NCBI GenBank assembly: GCA_977016875.1
Contig: CDRNST010000073.1
Location: 248,001 to 312,000 of the forward strand
Source of the DNA: Pavona decussata
Lineage: Eukaryota
Length of the DNA: 64,000 bases
Reading direction: 5' to 3'
Shown: positions 50,134 through 63,306 of the stretch, piece by piece
Layout: each line of letters begins with the position of its first letter
Numbering within the stretch: the first letter of the stretch is position 1
Program-made: the position numbers and the translations under genes
The notes under the pieces: generated by a model
The model's database searches: none
What the model saw: the letters and a program-made list of their open reading frames with translations, nothing else
Told to the model about the DNA's origin: nothing

Positions 50134-50139
50134 TTTATT
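50134..50139 (-). terminator. Polyadenylation signal AATAAA of the sushi-F5/8C gene
   Basis: tttatt on the plus strand, about 40 nt after the stop codon. Confidence 0.5.
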
Positions 50140-50179
50140 CCATCGAATGATATACTGTTATGAACTGATTCATTGTAGG

Positions 50180-53100
50180 TTAGGTAAACCTCTTGCAAGT
50201 GTACAACTCAAACCTTATCGCCAAACCATGATGCCACGTTTGAGGGTAAATTCGAAAGAACCTTGATTTTATAGCTTTAAACTTTCGAGTTACTGGAAAA
50301 TATGGCTCCGTGTTTCCCTGAAATACCTGTGGAGAAATAAAACATATTTGGGAGAGGTATTAATCATCTGGATAATTTATGATAAATTAAGTTGTAGAAT
50401 AGTGTATGTACCCATTAATAACATTAAAAAAGTAGGTACGTAAAGTCCTAGATCCTCATTCAAATCTAATCCTAATTGTAAATGAAATTGAAAAAAAAAA
50501 GTATTAGCGACGATTTAAATTTGTTAAAGTTAGTCTCGTTACGTATATTAATTTTTTTTTTCAGATTTTTTTATTTATGCACTATTTAAAAAGTTTAATG
50601 CAAAAGAAAATCACAATACATCACAAAGTAACATAAAGACAACATTAAATTGCATAAATATCAAAGGTAAAATGTGCGCAGTGACCAAAGGAGCTTAGGC
50701 AATTTCGGCAATTTCTTCTATACGACCGGGGCCTCCATTTCAAAGGAGCGTTCATCAAGTGTCTTGACACCATCGCGATTCGGGTGCCACGCGAGGTACA
50801 CAAATAAACTAAACTGATTGCAGGGATGGCACTTCGCCAAAGGGCAAATTTTAGAAGTAGAGATTCACGAACCAGGCTTCATTTTACGTGTAAAATAAAT
50901 CAAACTGATTGCGGAAATATTGGCGCAAATAAAGTTGTCTCTTGTCGTAGTGTCTCCCCTGCAACCAGTTTCGTTTATTTACAAGAATTATCCAGAATAG
51001 TTTATTTGTGCATTGTGTGGTCCTGTGCATTCAAAGTTTCGGGGCACCCGCCAGGTGGACTCCCCCTTTCCTCCTATAAACATGAATGAAAGGACAGGCC
51101 GCAGCAACGGTCGCCGCATTGCTGTATACAAACAGTGAGTAGTTGTGCTCTTTAGCGTGCCGTACTAATTTAGTCTAAGAAGGTGTAGAAAACAAGGTCA
51201 ACGGCTTAATGTAACATCACCGACCAATAATGCGATCATCTTAGGCAGGACAACGTGTTAACCACAGCTAGCATGATCTCACCAGTTTATTTAAAACCCT
51301 CGTTTAGGCCCCCGATGGGAATGTTGACATGAAGTTTTTGGAGGTGGCTGGAATTCATTTCGATCCCACAGCGAAATCAATTCTCACAAGTGGATCAGTA
51401 CAGTTGTCGGGAAACGGCGATCATTTTATCGTTAACAGTTGCCAAATCACGAAAGACAACTCCTATCACATTTTCTCTTCTTGGCAACGTCTAGTTATTT
51501 TCAAGAAAAAGTGGAGACAACGAGTCTCTCCCGCAAGATCCGCCATTAGGATTGCCCTATACTTCTCATTACCGAGATAAGGTTATAATTTAAAAGTAGT
51601 ATGCCGCTTTGCAATGTAGAAATTTATCCTTGATTGAATTGGTAAATCAATAAATAAGTACCTTATCTTTATCCCCCTCTTTATGCATTTTCCAGGATTT
51701 TCCATCATCTGAGGAACCAATTTTGTATGTTTGCATGTAATTAGAAAACTGCTTCCCTTGAGTGGCGACGGCTGTCACCATAGTAGGACTTCCCAGGTCA
51801 ACCTAAACACGGTGTTGGGAAGAAACGTTTGTATTATTCGTTATTTCTCCATTATCGCGTTAAATTGTATTTTTTGTCAGTAGACCGGGTAACGAAAATC
51901 TATAAACATCGTAAACAGTACAACCGCCCCTCAAATTTGATATTCTTGACTTCTAATATAGCAAAAACATGGCTCTGTAAAACCTCTACGGACCGTTGTT
52001 TGGATCGAGACGGGCCCGTCTCCATACAAACGTTTGTAAAATTTCCTGAATTTACGGGAGAGTCCAAACTTAGCCATTTTCCCTATTTTAACGTGTTCTT
52101 TCCAACAATGTCGGCAGTCCATGGATATTTCTTGCTTCGCCGGCATCAAAATTTAACGTCAGCTGTATTGTCTATCCGCGGTTACTCTATCAGTAAAGAA
52201 GATATTAAACGCCTTCCCTATGCTGGTTTCCCCTCACGTTTGTAGTGAGATATCTCTGTCGTAAAACATTTATTACTATTGTATTGTTGGGTCGTACATC
52301 CGGGCAGTATACTGTTGATTGACATTTTGTCATATGACTTTGATTGACAAGTACAGCACGTGTTTATCATGTACATAGGATAGTATAACAGCGTCATTTT
52401 ATGCGAGAAGGCGTGTATGCGAATAGGCGATTATGCGATTTTAAAGGCGAGTCCAGTCTGTTGGCGAATTACTGTGTAAGAATGCCAATAAATCAGTTTT
52501 AATATACGAACGTTTAATTCATTTGGCGATATTCTCGGCTTTCTTGATATTGTACTGGGAAGTATTTTATCGCGCATTTTTTCCAGTAATATTTTGCACT
52601 CATAATGACCGCCCATATTGCCCTTTTAGTATGTCTTGAAGCGTGGATACGTGGTAACACCACTTTTGGTCCACCATGTTGCTTTTTACATCTTTTAGTG
52701 CCTGGAGAACGACATTAACCGCAGAATCCCGAACAGACAATAGATTTTTGTGCTTTTTAAAGTCGGTCCCAGAGTTTCTTTGTTAAAGTACAAAAAATGT
52801 ATTTATGACTGGAGCAACTTTTCCAGAAGTAGTTATGTTTTTCGACTAATGGGGCATTTTCTAGGCCCCACTCCCCCGATTCATGAATATTACCTGGATC
52901 CAGGGTTTCACATCCCAAGGGAGTGCATACCAAGCGTTATCTTGACCTCTGTGTAGTCTTGCTTTCCATGGAGGATAACTTGCATAGTGTGAGCTGGCAG
53001 TGATTGAGCTGTTGGCGATACGACCGTCAGACATTCCAAGTGGTTGGTCGTACGATTTACAATGAACTGACCACACAAGCAAAAGTAACATTAGCTTTAG

Positions 53101-56100
53101 TCATGGAGTTGTTGGGTGGGGTGGTTCGGGGGCGGAATTTGTCCATTCGAGCTTTTTAACATTCTTCGCAACTTTTTCAAAAATTTTATCTATCAACAAT
53201 TTCATGAGGTGTGGTATCAACATGGGACTCAAATTCTGACAGGCAAATTTTCAGTTACAGTTTGATCAATTTTAGTGTTTTCGATACTATTATGAAAAAT
53301 CAAGACACAATACACACGATTTAACCTTTTTTTGTTTACAAACAGAAACCTTTTTGAGATAATATTTAAGGTCTTTATCACAGCCTTGATTCCCACAAAC
53401 TTATGGACGGTGTCGAATCCGCTTTTGACCTCAGGGACCGTTTTTGGAAAGTCGTGATAACTTTTTTTTCTACCAATAATGAATTCCAGTTGAAGGCCAT
53501 GTTCATGTAAAATAGATTTTAGTCCTGACACGTTTTTAGGACTTGCGACAAAGAAGACCAAAATGTGGGGTCTTGTTGCGGTTACGTTTAGGGTAGAACT
53601 TCTTTAAAAGTTATTATTGCTCTTAAAATTATAACAACTCAATCGTCTGCTGGATCTTTCAAACCAATGACAATTTACCAAATTAACATATAACGTAACA
53701 TCAATTAAGATGGAAAAAATATGAAAAATGCTGCATAATTTATTTTACGTCTGAACCTTGTTTTTATTTTCTCTCTTATTGGTTCAACACCCTCCCTTGA
53801 GCTCTTAAAAACTGTTATTTTTGTATTGCGTACTCAAGATGAAGTCTTGGCATTTTCTCAGGACTGTTTTTCTTATGCTTCAGAAGAAAAAACGAGTGGT
53901 GAGGAATTTTAGGGAAAGTTAAAAAAATTCAAGAATAAAAGATGATTAAAATTGAAGAAACTGAAAATAAAAAATGAAGGTTAAATAGGCAGACAGGTTC
54001 CTATCAAGCTGGGGGCCTCTTCATAACCGAGCTGGCTCGGTAGTAGGACGAATTTTCTCTTTATTTCTTCATATATTCATATAGGTGAAATAGGCGTGAT
54101 ATCTACGCTTTGGCCTTCTTTTCCCTTGAACGTTTGTCTAAATCAACGGGTAGCCGTGAGGCAACCACAGGCCTGAACATAAATATATTGTCCACTCAAA
54201 GATTTTCCATTTAAGCCAAATATATGTAAATAAGACACATACACTATCTCATTGCGCAGAGCTGTTCTTGATAGTGACAGCGATCGCGATGAAATGAATT
54301 GGGTGGATTATGTGGACTATTTTCCTACCTGTATCCGTGTTATAGAATATCTCGATGTTGGAATCTGTGCACAGAGGATTGTTCTTGCAAAAAGAATCTT
54401 GGCTGTAAGGTTCGTTTAGTAAAGCCCTGAAGTTCTTCTTGATTTCTGTCTGCGTGCTGGGTTTGCTAGCGTCTCCACTGTAGAAATAGTTCGTTAGCCC
54501 CAACTCCTTTATCATGGAAGGGGTAGCTCTTACTATATAGAAGATAAAAGAAAATACTGGCTGGAAAAAACTTCGTGGGGACTTGCAAGAGAAAAGAGGG
54601 GCCTTTCTTTGAAATAAGACATGACATTGACATCTGAGTGAAATGAAACAGCGCCCACGCATCTTAAATTTCTCCCAAAACCCGGTCTTTTAGCGCTAAG
54701 TCTAGCTTTCTACAGCCTTTTAAATTGATTTTTCATCTTCATTTCATATAGATTCATGCTGCAACGCGAATCACGCCGATTTAACGAACATCTGAAAATT
54801 GTTTATGACACGAGCGGAAATGCCACGCAAGATGCCACTTCAGGAGTAGTCGATCGCTAGCCTAACATCGTTAGAGTTATAACGGCGGAACTAATCAACT
54901 AATCAACTAATCAACTCTTGCTCTTGTTTCGCCATTTTACCTCAAGTCCCGGATGTTGAAATCAACTTCAACACGAAAAAATATGAAGTCTTTGACCGGT
55001 TCAAAAATTCCCGATAATTTCACGATGCCCAAATAGAAATCATCCGTTAGACCGTTGAGCAATTTATAGACCGTTTGAGAGAGAATGGGCCTGATTGAGC
55101 TAAACAAATAATGCCATATAGAGACACGAGGGGGGGGGGGGGGGGGAGATTTCAATGAGAAATACTAAAAAAAAATGATCAGTTTTTAGAAAAGTTAACG
55201 AAATCTGTAATTTCTGTAGCCACCTTCTGGAAAATAAACTCAGATATATTCTTCGAGGGTTTTCCTCCCACCACTAAACCTTCAACATTTCCAAAATTAG
55301 GCTAAAATTAAATTCAACCTGGAAACAGTGGACGACGACCAGCCACTTTGTGGATGTGCCACTGAAATTCTTATTTATTTCATTTCCATTTTCGAATAAG
55401 GTTTATGGGATACTTCTTATTCATGGATAATCAATTAAAGAGTTTTCATTGGCTTTTAGTGGCCGGAGGATATTGACATCGGAGGACAATGCCCAAGGCT
55501 GAACGATTGTCCGAAAATGGACAGTTGGCCGAGAAGAAAAGTTTCGTGACTAACTTTGAAACTTTAAGCCGAGTACACTATCCTGTGAAAACTTTACTTT
55601 GGAACAATTGTTAATTGTAAAAAGACCGAATAAATTATATCCATAATGTTGCCTAATTAGCGTATGTAATAGGACTTTTTGTGCCTTTTCTTATCCTGTA
55701 ACTCCATTTTTCTTATTTCTACTTACTTTATAGATAGTTACATTAAATTAAAATCAGGGATATATTTATCATGACAGACAAGCTTACCCTCACAATTTAC
55801 CGGCCCAGAAACAGACAAATCAGCAGGAGGCATTGCGACAAAACTCCAAACGGAACCTTTGCAGACATAGAACAAGGCTGGGTCCTGGGCAAAATCATAA
55901 CCGACTTTACAAACCAAGGAACAGACTTTCCCGGAGCTTGTTTTAACACAGGTTACAATACCATCCTCAGGAGGGTCGAACATTGGACAAGTCGATCCTA
56001 CCGCGAAATATCAGAAAAAGTTACAAAACAATCCGCTACTGGCGTTCGACGCCAAATGTTCGTGGTAAGTTCCGGCAGCGCAGCAAAAAAAAGAAAACAA

Positions 56101-56868
56101 CAACAAGTCGAGGGATGTCGTCTAAGCGTGCACAGCCCTGTACTATATGTTTTTAATACTGTAAGCGGCATAGGTTTTAATCGTCTTACTACTTAGCCAT
56201 CTCTTAACAGGAAAATGAGACAGGTGTATGAATTTTGATGAGATCGAATGACATATTATTCAGTCAGTGACAGAAAAAAGGAAATCCGAGTTCTTCAAAA
56301 GAGTCGACTATCACCTTCCGATTCATTCTACATGTAATGTTCTTCCTTTGAGCTACAAGAGATTTGCCAATAAACTAGGTTCATGTGACGTCAAACGTCC
56401 TGAACGCTGCTAGTATTTGAAAGTCAATGTGCGGCATATGTGTAATGGGATAAATGTGATGGTATACATTTTTTAAAAGATATTATGAATAGATGTAATA
56501 AGCAAGTGATAGCTCGAGGTGGCGCCTGTAAGTAAAGTCTGGACATACTAAATAGATTGCGAGAAAATGCTTCTTTTATCGAAAGAAGACATTTTATTTT
56601 TTGTTGAGCTAATAATATTTTTTGATTAAGGCCGGGGTGAACATTTATTCATCTAAGCAGTGTGTCGCGTCTCTTAAGAATATGACTTCTACCCGCCATT
56701 TAACTACTTATTTAGCAGTCAAAGTTATTCAGTCCGTTTTGGAGGAACAGACTCGTATCCAGATTCTCTATAAGAGATGAAAAAACATGATTGGAAATTT
56801 TACTTACCATGGTTTACGAGAAAACTAAGGATCAGAAACAGATGACGCCAGTCGATCATTGCTTCCAT
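50180..56868 (-). CDS. Secreted sushi/CCP-like + linker + F5/8 type C (discoidin) protein, about 311 aa, 6 coding exons
   Basis: Exons 56868-56808 (signal peptide), 55997-55788 (6-Cys sushi-like), 54532-54329, 53066-52894, 51802-51662, 50326-50180; in frame (936 nt). F5/8C motifs PLGM..GRI...ITASS, ARL, WIQVDLG, VATQG, VFQGN, RIYP..W, RFELYTC. Confidence 0.85.
56260..56450 (-). mobile_element. Degenerate tRNA-related SINE (fragments also at about 10560-10620, 57810-57880, 60960-61035, 63800-63890)
   Basis: Shared aaagaaatc(c/a)gagt..cccaaca.gactcgaa...gaccttccg...tgagctac motif. Confidence 0.5.
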
Positions 56869-57518
56869 GTAAGAATGCGACAAAGACGTTATTAAAGGTA
56901 TATGTCTTTTACATTTTAATAACTGCATTTTGCACATGTTACATAGAAACTGATGAATTTGTTTAGAATAAATAGTGATTTGTCGAAAGTTTTTTCAGTT
57001 GGCTAGCAACGTAAAAAATGAGTACAGCTAAGCTAACAGCTAGCTTATGTTTCGTTAAAAAGAATAAATTAGTTACTATCAGTTCATACCAAAGAATTAT
57101 GCAGTACCTGAACAGAATGACCAAATTATTATGTTTTTAGGCCAACGAAATTTACTCTAAAACACCTTAAAGGTTTTCTTAAGAAACTTAAACTAACAAC
57201 TGCGAAAACCTGCGGAATTTCGATTTCCTAGCTTTGTCGTTGCGTGATCAGTTGATTTGTTGATTGCTAATTGAAATGCAATAATTAGTCACATAGGTTT
57301 TGTTATTTTATCAGTCTCATGGTCTGATAATTATGTTTAGATAAACCTGGATTGTGTTCATGTTTTGTTCTATCAGGAGCTGTAGTATCAATACGTTGAA
57401 CTAACAGTAAAAAGAAGTTCAATATTGTCTTCATCTTAATTGTCACAACGATAACTGAGTTACACTGTAAATTGCTGCGATAAAAAACAACTCACGAAGA
57501 GTTGAATATTCGGAAGAA

Positions 57519-60500
57519 ATGACACTCATGGCTAAAAGTGTAGCATATTCCGTAGGAATCTTCCTCTTCACATGTTCTATTTCTCGCTGTGATAGTCAGT
57601 GTCCCCTTGGTTATCAGGGATCTCCGTGTACAAGTAAGTTTTGATTTTCGTGCATAGATCAAGTCCATCTTTTATTTCTTTTACGTCGCACTTCTATGGA
57701 AAGTGGATCAAAGCTGAAGTATAGCGCTTCAAATAACTGTTGAGACACACAAGTTAATTCAAGTCAGCTTCAATGGTCCAAAGAAAAAAAGTTTTTAATT
57801 TGATGTGTAGTTCAGTCCGAGTGACACACGCAGTACTCGGGAAAAAGAAATCAGAGTCCTCCCAACAAGACTCGAATCTATCATGGTTCTGTCATCTATA
57901 ATTTATCTATAATCTTTCACTTGAAGGCCGCTGAGGTTACCAATTGCCTAGATAAATAATAAATGAGAGCAAGGACCCAGACTCACAAAGTCCTTCCGAA
58001 GTTAAAATGTATCCAAAGCTTATTGTTAAAGACGCGAATGTTTGCTTCTCAACAGAGGTGGTAACTAAAGGTAAATTGGCAACAATGAAGAGATTCCATC
58101 ATTCCAGTGTTGGCGTTTCTTGCGTAATCCCCTCCTCTCTACTCCCCACCGACGCAGCACCGTAGATTCTTTACAAACTAACAATCCATTAGCTTAACAG
58201 GGCTTCGTTAAACTGGCCCTGACCTCTAAATGCTCTTGGAGAACGCGTCAGCCATCATGCAACGAGGGGAACTGAAGATACGAATTTTAAGCTGTTTAAA
58301 GTATCTCGAGCAGTCGTGTCACTTCTATATACAATACCCCCACCCCGATCCCCGTTGGCGAGGGAGTCCACTGAATTTTCGAGAATTTCACGTTTGAGGA
58401 ACCGTTTGGTCATACAAACAAACATCGGTTAAACATCGCCTGGGTCTTCAGTCCCATTTCGCGCCCACACTCTTAGGTTCCTAAGTTTTTTCTTTTTCGG
58501 TCATTGTTATAACCAATAAACCTGTACAAAAAAATTGAAATGAATCAAAGTAACAGCTTTGGTTTTGTTTTGTTTTGTTTTGCTCTTTTTCTCTTATTTT
58601 TTTCTCTTTTTTTCTTCTTTTTTTTTTTTTTAGAGATTTATTGTGCACAGTTTTTTGTTTATTTATTTTTTTTATTCTACATGAATAGTCCGTTCGTGTG
58701 AATCATTACCACCACCCTCCAATGGACGGTTTAAATCACCTTGTCAGAGGACATATCAATCCAAGTGCGAATTCGAATGTCTGCAAGGATACGAGTTGAA
58801 AGGTTCCGCTGAAAGGACATGTACCGTGAAACAACCATTTAACATCATGGAGTGGAGTGGAACAACCGTGACCTGTGAAGGTAGATTTTCTTTATTATTG
58901 ATAAGTTTGAAATACCTGACCATTAACTAGCACCATCAAAGTTTTTAATAATCAAAGGTTCGATTTGTTCGATGTCACCAGGCTCTGACTCTCCTTTGCA
59001 AGTTGTTGATGATTGATGTAATCTGCTACCCTGCAGAATCTGGGGGGGGGGGGGGGGGGGAGGATGCAGATACGCGTCCCAAGATCCATTCATTCGTTGA
59101 TTGTCTCATACGATCACGACTCCAATCTGTATTAGGAGTGCGTTCTTTCTAAGTCGATCGAACTCATCAAACAAACAAAACGCGCCGAGTTGGTTCAAAT
59201 TAAACTGGCCTGTCTTTGGGGCTGAGGTAGTTCCTTCTCACTGCCTTAATGGCCCAGTGATGATGGACACAATCTGTGAATACCGGTGTGCTCGCGGATA
59301 TCATGTGGACGGATGTTCCACGGATATAACCGGGAGTGCTTTAATGTGCAAAACTGATAGAACACGGGACGCTCCAGTTCCCAAATGTCGTGGCAAGTTA
59401 ATTTATCTTCTTTTGGATTTTAATTAACCTTGCCCATATCTATATATTACAGTGCTGTATAAAGGTTTTCATGTCATATGTCAAACATGAGAATACTTTA
59501 GAGGCTTGAACATAGAGAAATGTGCTGTAACAACTAGGCGCACCCAGGTTTTCTTCGAGTTTTTTTTTTTATACCCAATGAAAATCTCTCAATAACTTTT
59601 TTGATATAGCTTCCCGACCTATTGACGAGGGTGTCTGGGACATAATATACTGCAGTCATCATGTTTTATGATGTGATGTCAGCGTCTCGATGTCATGATC
59701 ATCGCGTCTTGTTGTTGGAGATGTAAGGAGAATCCTAGATTGTAAACTTGTGCAATACAGTTCATTTCGATGCAGAGTACTGCCCCCTCCCACCCACCTG
59801 TAGTGCTGTGACATCTGTCAATCATACGAGCACGCGGTCAAAAAGGGTACTCCCACTCACCTTGTAATCGTTGCGAGCATGGAGTCAATAAATCACAGTT
59901 GAGTTTAGACTTTCGGTGGTTTTACTTGAACGGTACAAAACACCACACCGCCCTTCCATAATAACAACAATTATACATCAAACAAACTGGTTACCTTTTA
60001 GGACTAAATTACATAAATTACATTTTTTTTCAGTCGGTAAATTTACAGATAACATCAAGACTCGAACCTAATCGACCTACCGATTCGACTTGTTCTGGTA
60101 TTACTGAGTTACAGCACAGGCATCCCAAGCTCAATATCAGAGAACCGTTGAATTTTATGTTTTAATATGGGAATTTAATATGGGAATAAAGCGGATTGTG
60201 TAAAATAGTAGAAACTAACATTGTTATGTCAATAAAGTCAACTTACCCTGTTTCTCCTTGTATTCTTTGTCATTTACCAGCTTTACAAGCCGATTCGAAG
60301 CGATTTCGGTGATTTAGCGTCACTCAGGTTTCCACTGTTAAGTGTAACGAATGGCCGAACTCTATTTCAGCCATGCTCAAAGCCTGAAACGGAATAAATC
60401 CATTGAAATCGTCCCAGTGTCCCAATTCCTTCATAGAATCAAACTAGAGATGAATACCTATCTTCACAACGCATTTCCGACTCGACTGAAGCCGTATCAC

Positions 60501-63306
60501 GTTTGCTAGAAAGATTTTCTTTCAAGTCGGCTCGATTCTGAAATTTCGAAAGACCCCCGCCAGAACGCCATGGACACATTGAACGTTCGAACTCCACGCT
60601 GGGTAACAAAAGTTCCCCGGCACGGGTGGTCAGCGGCCAGTTGTCCACAGGCAAACAGATTTGTTCGCGGGGTCTCCTCGTGTCCTTTTTGTCAAGACCG
60701 TCAAGGGACCATTTTTTCCATCGACCAAACAAAATTACTACCGGACGTGTTTCCCAAATTTAAAGGATGCGATCTTTTCATCCTAGACGTAAGTTTTGAA
60801 TTTCGTGCATAGATCAGGTCCATTTTTTATTTCTTTTACGTCGCACTTCTATGAAAAGTGGATCAAAGCTGAAGTATAGCGCTTCAAATAACTGTTGAAA
60901 CACACAAGTTAATTCAAGTTAGCTTCAATGGTCCAAAGAAAAAAAGTTTTTAATTTGATGTGTTATTCAGTCCGAGTGACACACGCAGTACTCGGGAAAA
61001 AGAAATCAGAGTCCTCCCAACAAGACTCGAATCTAGTATGGTTCTGTCATCTATAATTTATCTATAATCTTTCACTTGAAGGCCGCTGAGGTTACCAATT
61101 AGTTAGATAAATAATAAATGAGAACAAGGACCCCGACTCACAAAATCCTCCCAAAGTTAAAATGTATCCAAAGCTTATTGTTAAAGACGCGAATGTTTGC
61201 TTCTCAACAGAGGTGGTAACTAAAGGTAAATTGGCAACAATAAAGAGATTCCATAATTCCAGTGTTGGCGTTTCTTGCGTAAGGCCCTCCTCTCTACTCC
61301 CCACCGACGCAGCACTGTAGATTCTTTAGAAATTGACAATCCATTAGCTTAACAGGGCTTCGTGAAAATGGCCGTGACCTCTAAATTGCTCTCATATTAG
61401 AATGTACAATGCGCGTAAAGAACCTAAAACGTAGAGTCTATTCGTAAAGTCAGTTGGTTTAAGCAGCCTTATGTCCTTCGAAAATTATTAGGTTTTTTTT
61501 TTTAAGAAACAGCAAGCTACCATTCTTACTTTTAAAATTATTTCTACTTCTTATTTCTAGCCATCGAATGTCCTCTTCTTCTCGTAAATAACGCGGAACC
61601 TCCTACCGGATCTTGTTCGCCTCCTTTCGTGAGTAGCCCTGTTTACGAGACCAGCTGTACCTTTCATTGTCGTTATAACTACGAACTAAAGGGTTCCAAG
61701 GTGCGTGTTTGTCAACTTGATGGAAAGTGGTCTGGAACTGCAACGAGCTGCGAAAGTATGTGCATCAAGACAATGTAACTAAATTTAAAAACGTAAAAAC
61801 GTAAAAAAGAACAAGGTTGTAAAATTCTGGCCTGGAAATCAAAGCTGAGAGCGATGAAAAATGTAACTGCAATATCGAAAATTGTGAAAAGTGTGGTTTA
61901 TGTTAATTGAGGGAAACCATTGGGAAATTTTCGATTAGATCGTTCAAATATAACATTAACTGATCAAATGTTATAAATCATACAGGGGAGATTAAGAGAA
62001 CAAAGGAGCACTCTTAGAAATCCTGCGTCAATAACTCGGTCACCCAATCATTGTTGTACATTATACAAAAAAATCTTGTGAAAATTTTAAATGCATCTTG
62101 CTTGATACTTAACTTTACAAGAGCTGACAAGGAAAAAAAACTTTTATACAACTCTCAGTTAATAGGCCTTATCACGGTTTTCGACGCCATTTTGACGGGT
62201 AGGCAAACAGGCTTGAAATAACAGTGTTCGTATGGAAATCCGATGTCAAATAATTTTCATAAAACATCGCTTCTGAAAAATTCATGAATTGGAAACTTTC
62301 GGCATTAGGAAAAGGATTTTAAGAACAAAATTGGAGGGAAGTAGCTGTGACAGAAAGCATCCAGTCGTGTTTTGAACTTTCCATACATTTGTCTGTATAG
62401 CGAACGAGCCGTGAGCTGCTACTAAAAATAGTTCGAGGGAAAAAATACAGGGAAATGTATGGAAAATTCAAAACACGACTGGACGCTTTCTGTCACAGTT
62501 ACATCCCTCCAATTTCGTTCTTAAAATCCTTTTCCTAGTGCCAAAAGTTTCCAATTCATGAATTTTTCAGAAGCGAGGTTTTATGAAAATTATTTGACAT
62601 CGGATTTCCATAAAAACACTGTTATTTCAAGCCTGTTTGCCTACCAGTCAAAAAGGCGTCGAAAACCGTGATAAGGCCTATTTACTTTAATTCTTGGGAA
62701 GGCAAACAGCTTCGATCGAAACTGAAGAATGACGGATTGTTGGAGAAAGCGTCAACCATCATGCAACGAGGGGAATAAGAAACGAATTTTGAGCTCTTAA
62801 AAGTATATTGAGCAGTCATGTCACTTCTATTTACAATGTCCCCACCCTGATCCCCGTTGGCGAGGGAGTCCACTGAATTTTCGAGAATTTCACGTTGTGA
62901 GAAACTGTTTGGTCATACAAACAAGCCTCGCTTGGGTCCTCATGTCCCGTTCGCGCCCACCCTCTTAGGTTTCTAACATTTTTCTTTCTCGTTTATAGTT
63001 ATAACCAATAAACCTGTACAAAAAATTAAAACGAATCAAAGTAACAGTTTTGCTTTTTGTTCTGTTCTTTTTCTGTTTTGTTTTCCTTCTTTTTTTTAGT
63101 GATATATTGTCCAAAGTTGCCGCCTGTCATTGGAGCTGAAGTCGTTCCTTCTGACTGCCTTAATGGCCCAGTGATGGCGAGCACACACTGTCAATACCGG
63201 TGTGCTCGCGGATATCATGTGGACGGATTTCCCCCGCAAATAAGCTGGCGTAGTTTAACGTGCAAAACTGATAAAACATGGGACGCTTCAGTTCCCAAAT
63301 GTCATG
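57519..63306 (+). CDS. Multi-sushi (selectin/SVEP1-like 6-Cys CCP) secreted or cell-surface protein, 5' part; continues beyond the window
   Basis: Exons 57519-57633 (signal peptide + CPLGYQGSPC), 58689-58880, 61561-61755, 63100-63306. Each sushi exon is phase 1-1 with a C..C..C.F/Y.C...Y...C...W...C pattern; the last donor is GC-type. Confidence 0.8.
58634..59392 (+). pseudogene. Split duplicate of the 63100-63306 sushi exon (pieces 58634-58652 and 59208-59392)
   Basis: The 5' piece ttttag-agatttattgtgcacagtt matches ttttag-tgatatattgtccaaagtt. The 3' piece lacks an acceptor and the first Cys, and carries W>R in the conserved sushi Trp. Confidence 0.75.
62161..62682. mobile_element. Palindromic (foldback) MITE
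   Basis: AATAGGCCTTATCACGGTTTTCGACGCC...GGCGTCGAAAACCGTGATAAGGCCTATT; long near-perfect arms; absent from duplicate unit A. Confidence 0.9.

Noticed and set aside
59101-59427. 108-aa ORF as a functional sushi exon
   Set aside because: No acceptor at the domain start, first Cys missing and conserved Trp changed to Arg; treated as a pseudo-exon.
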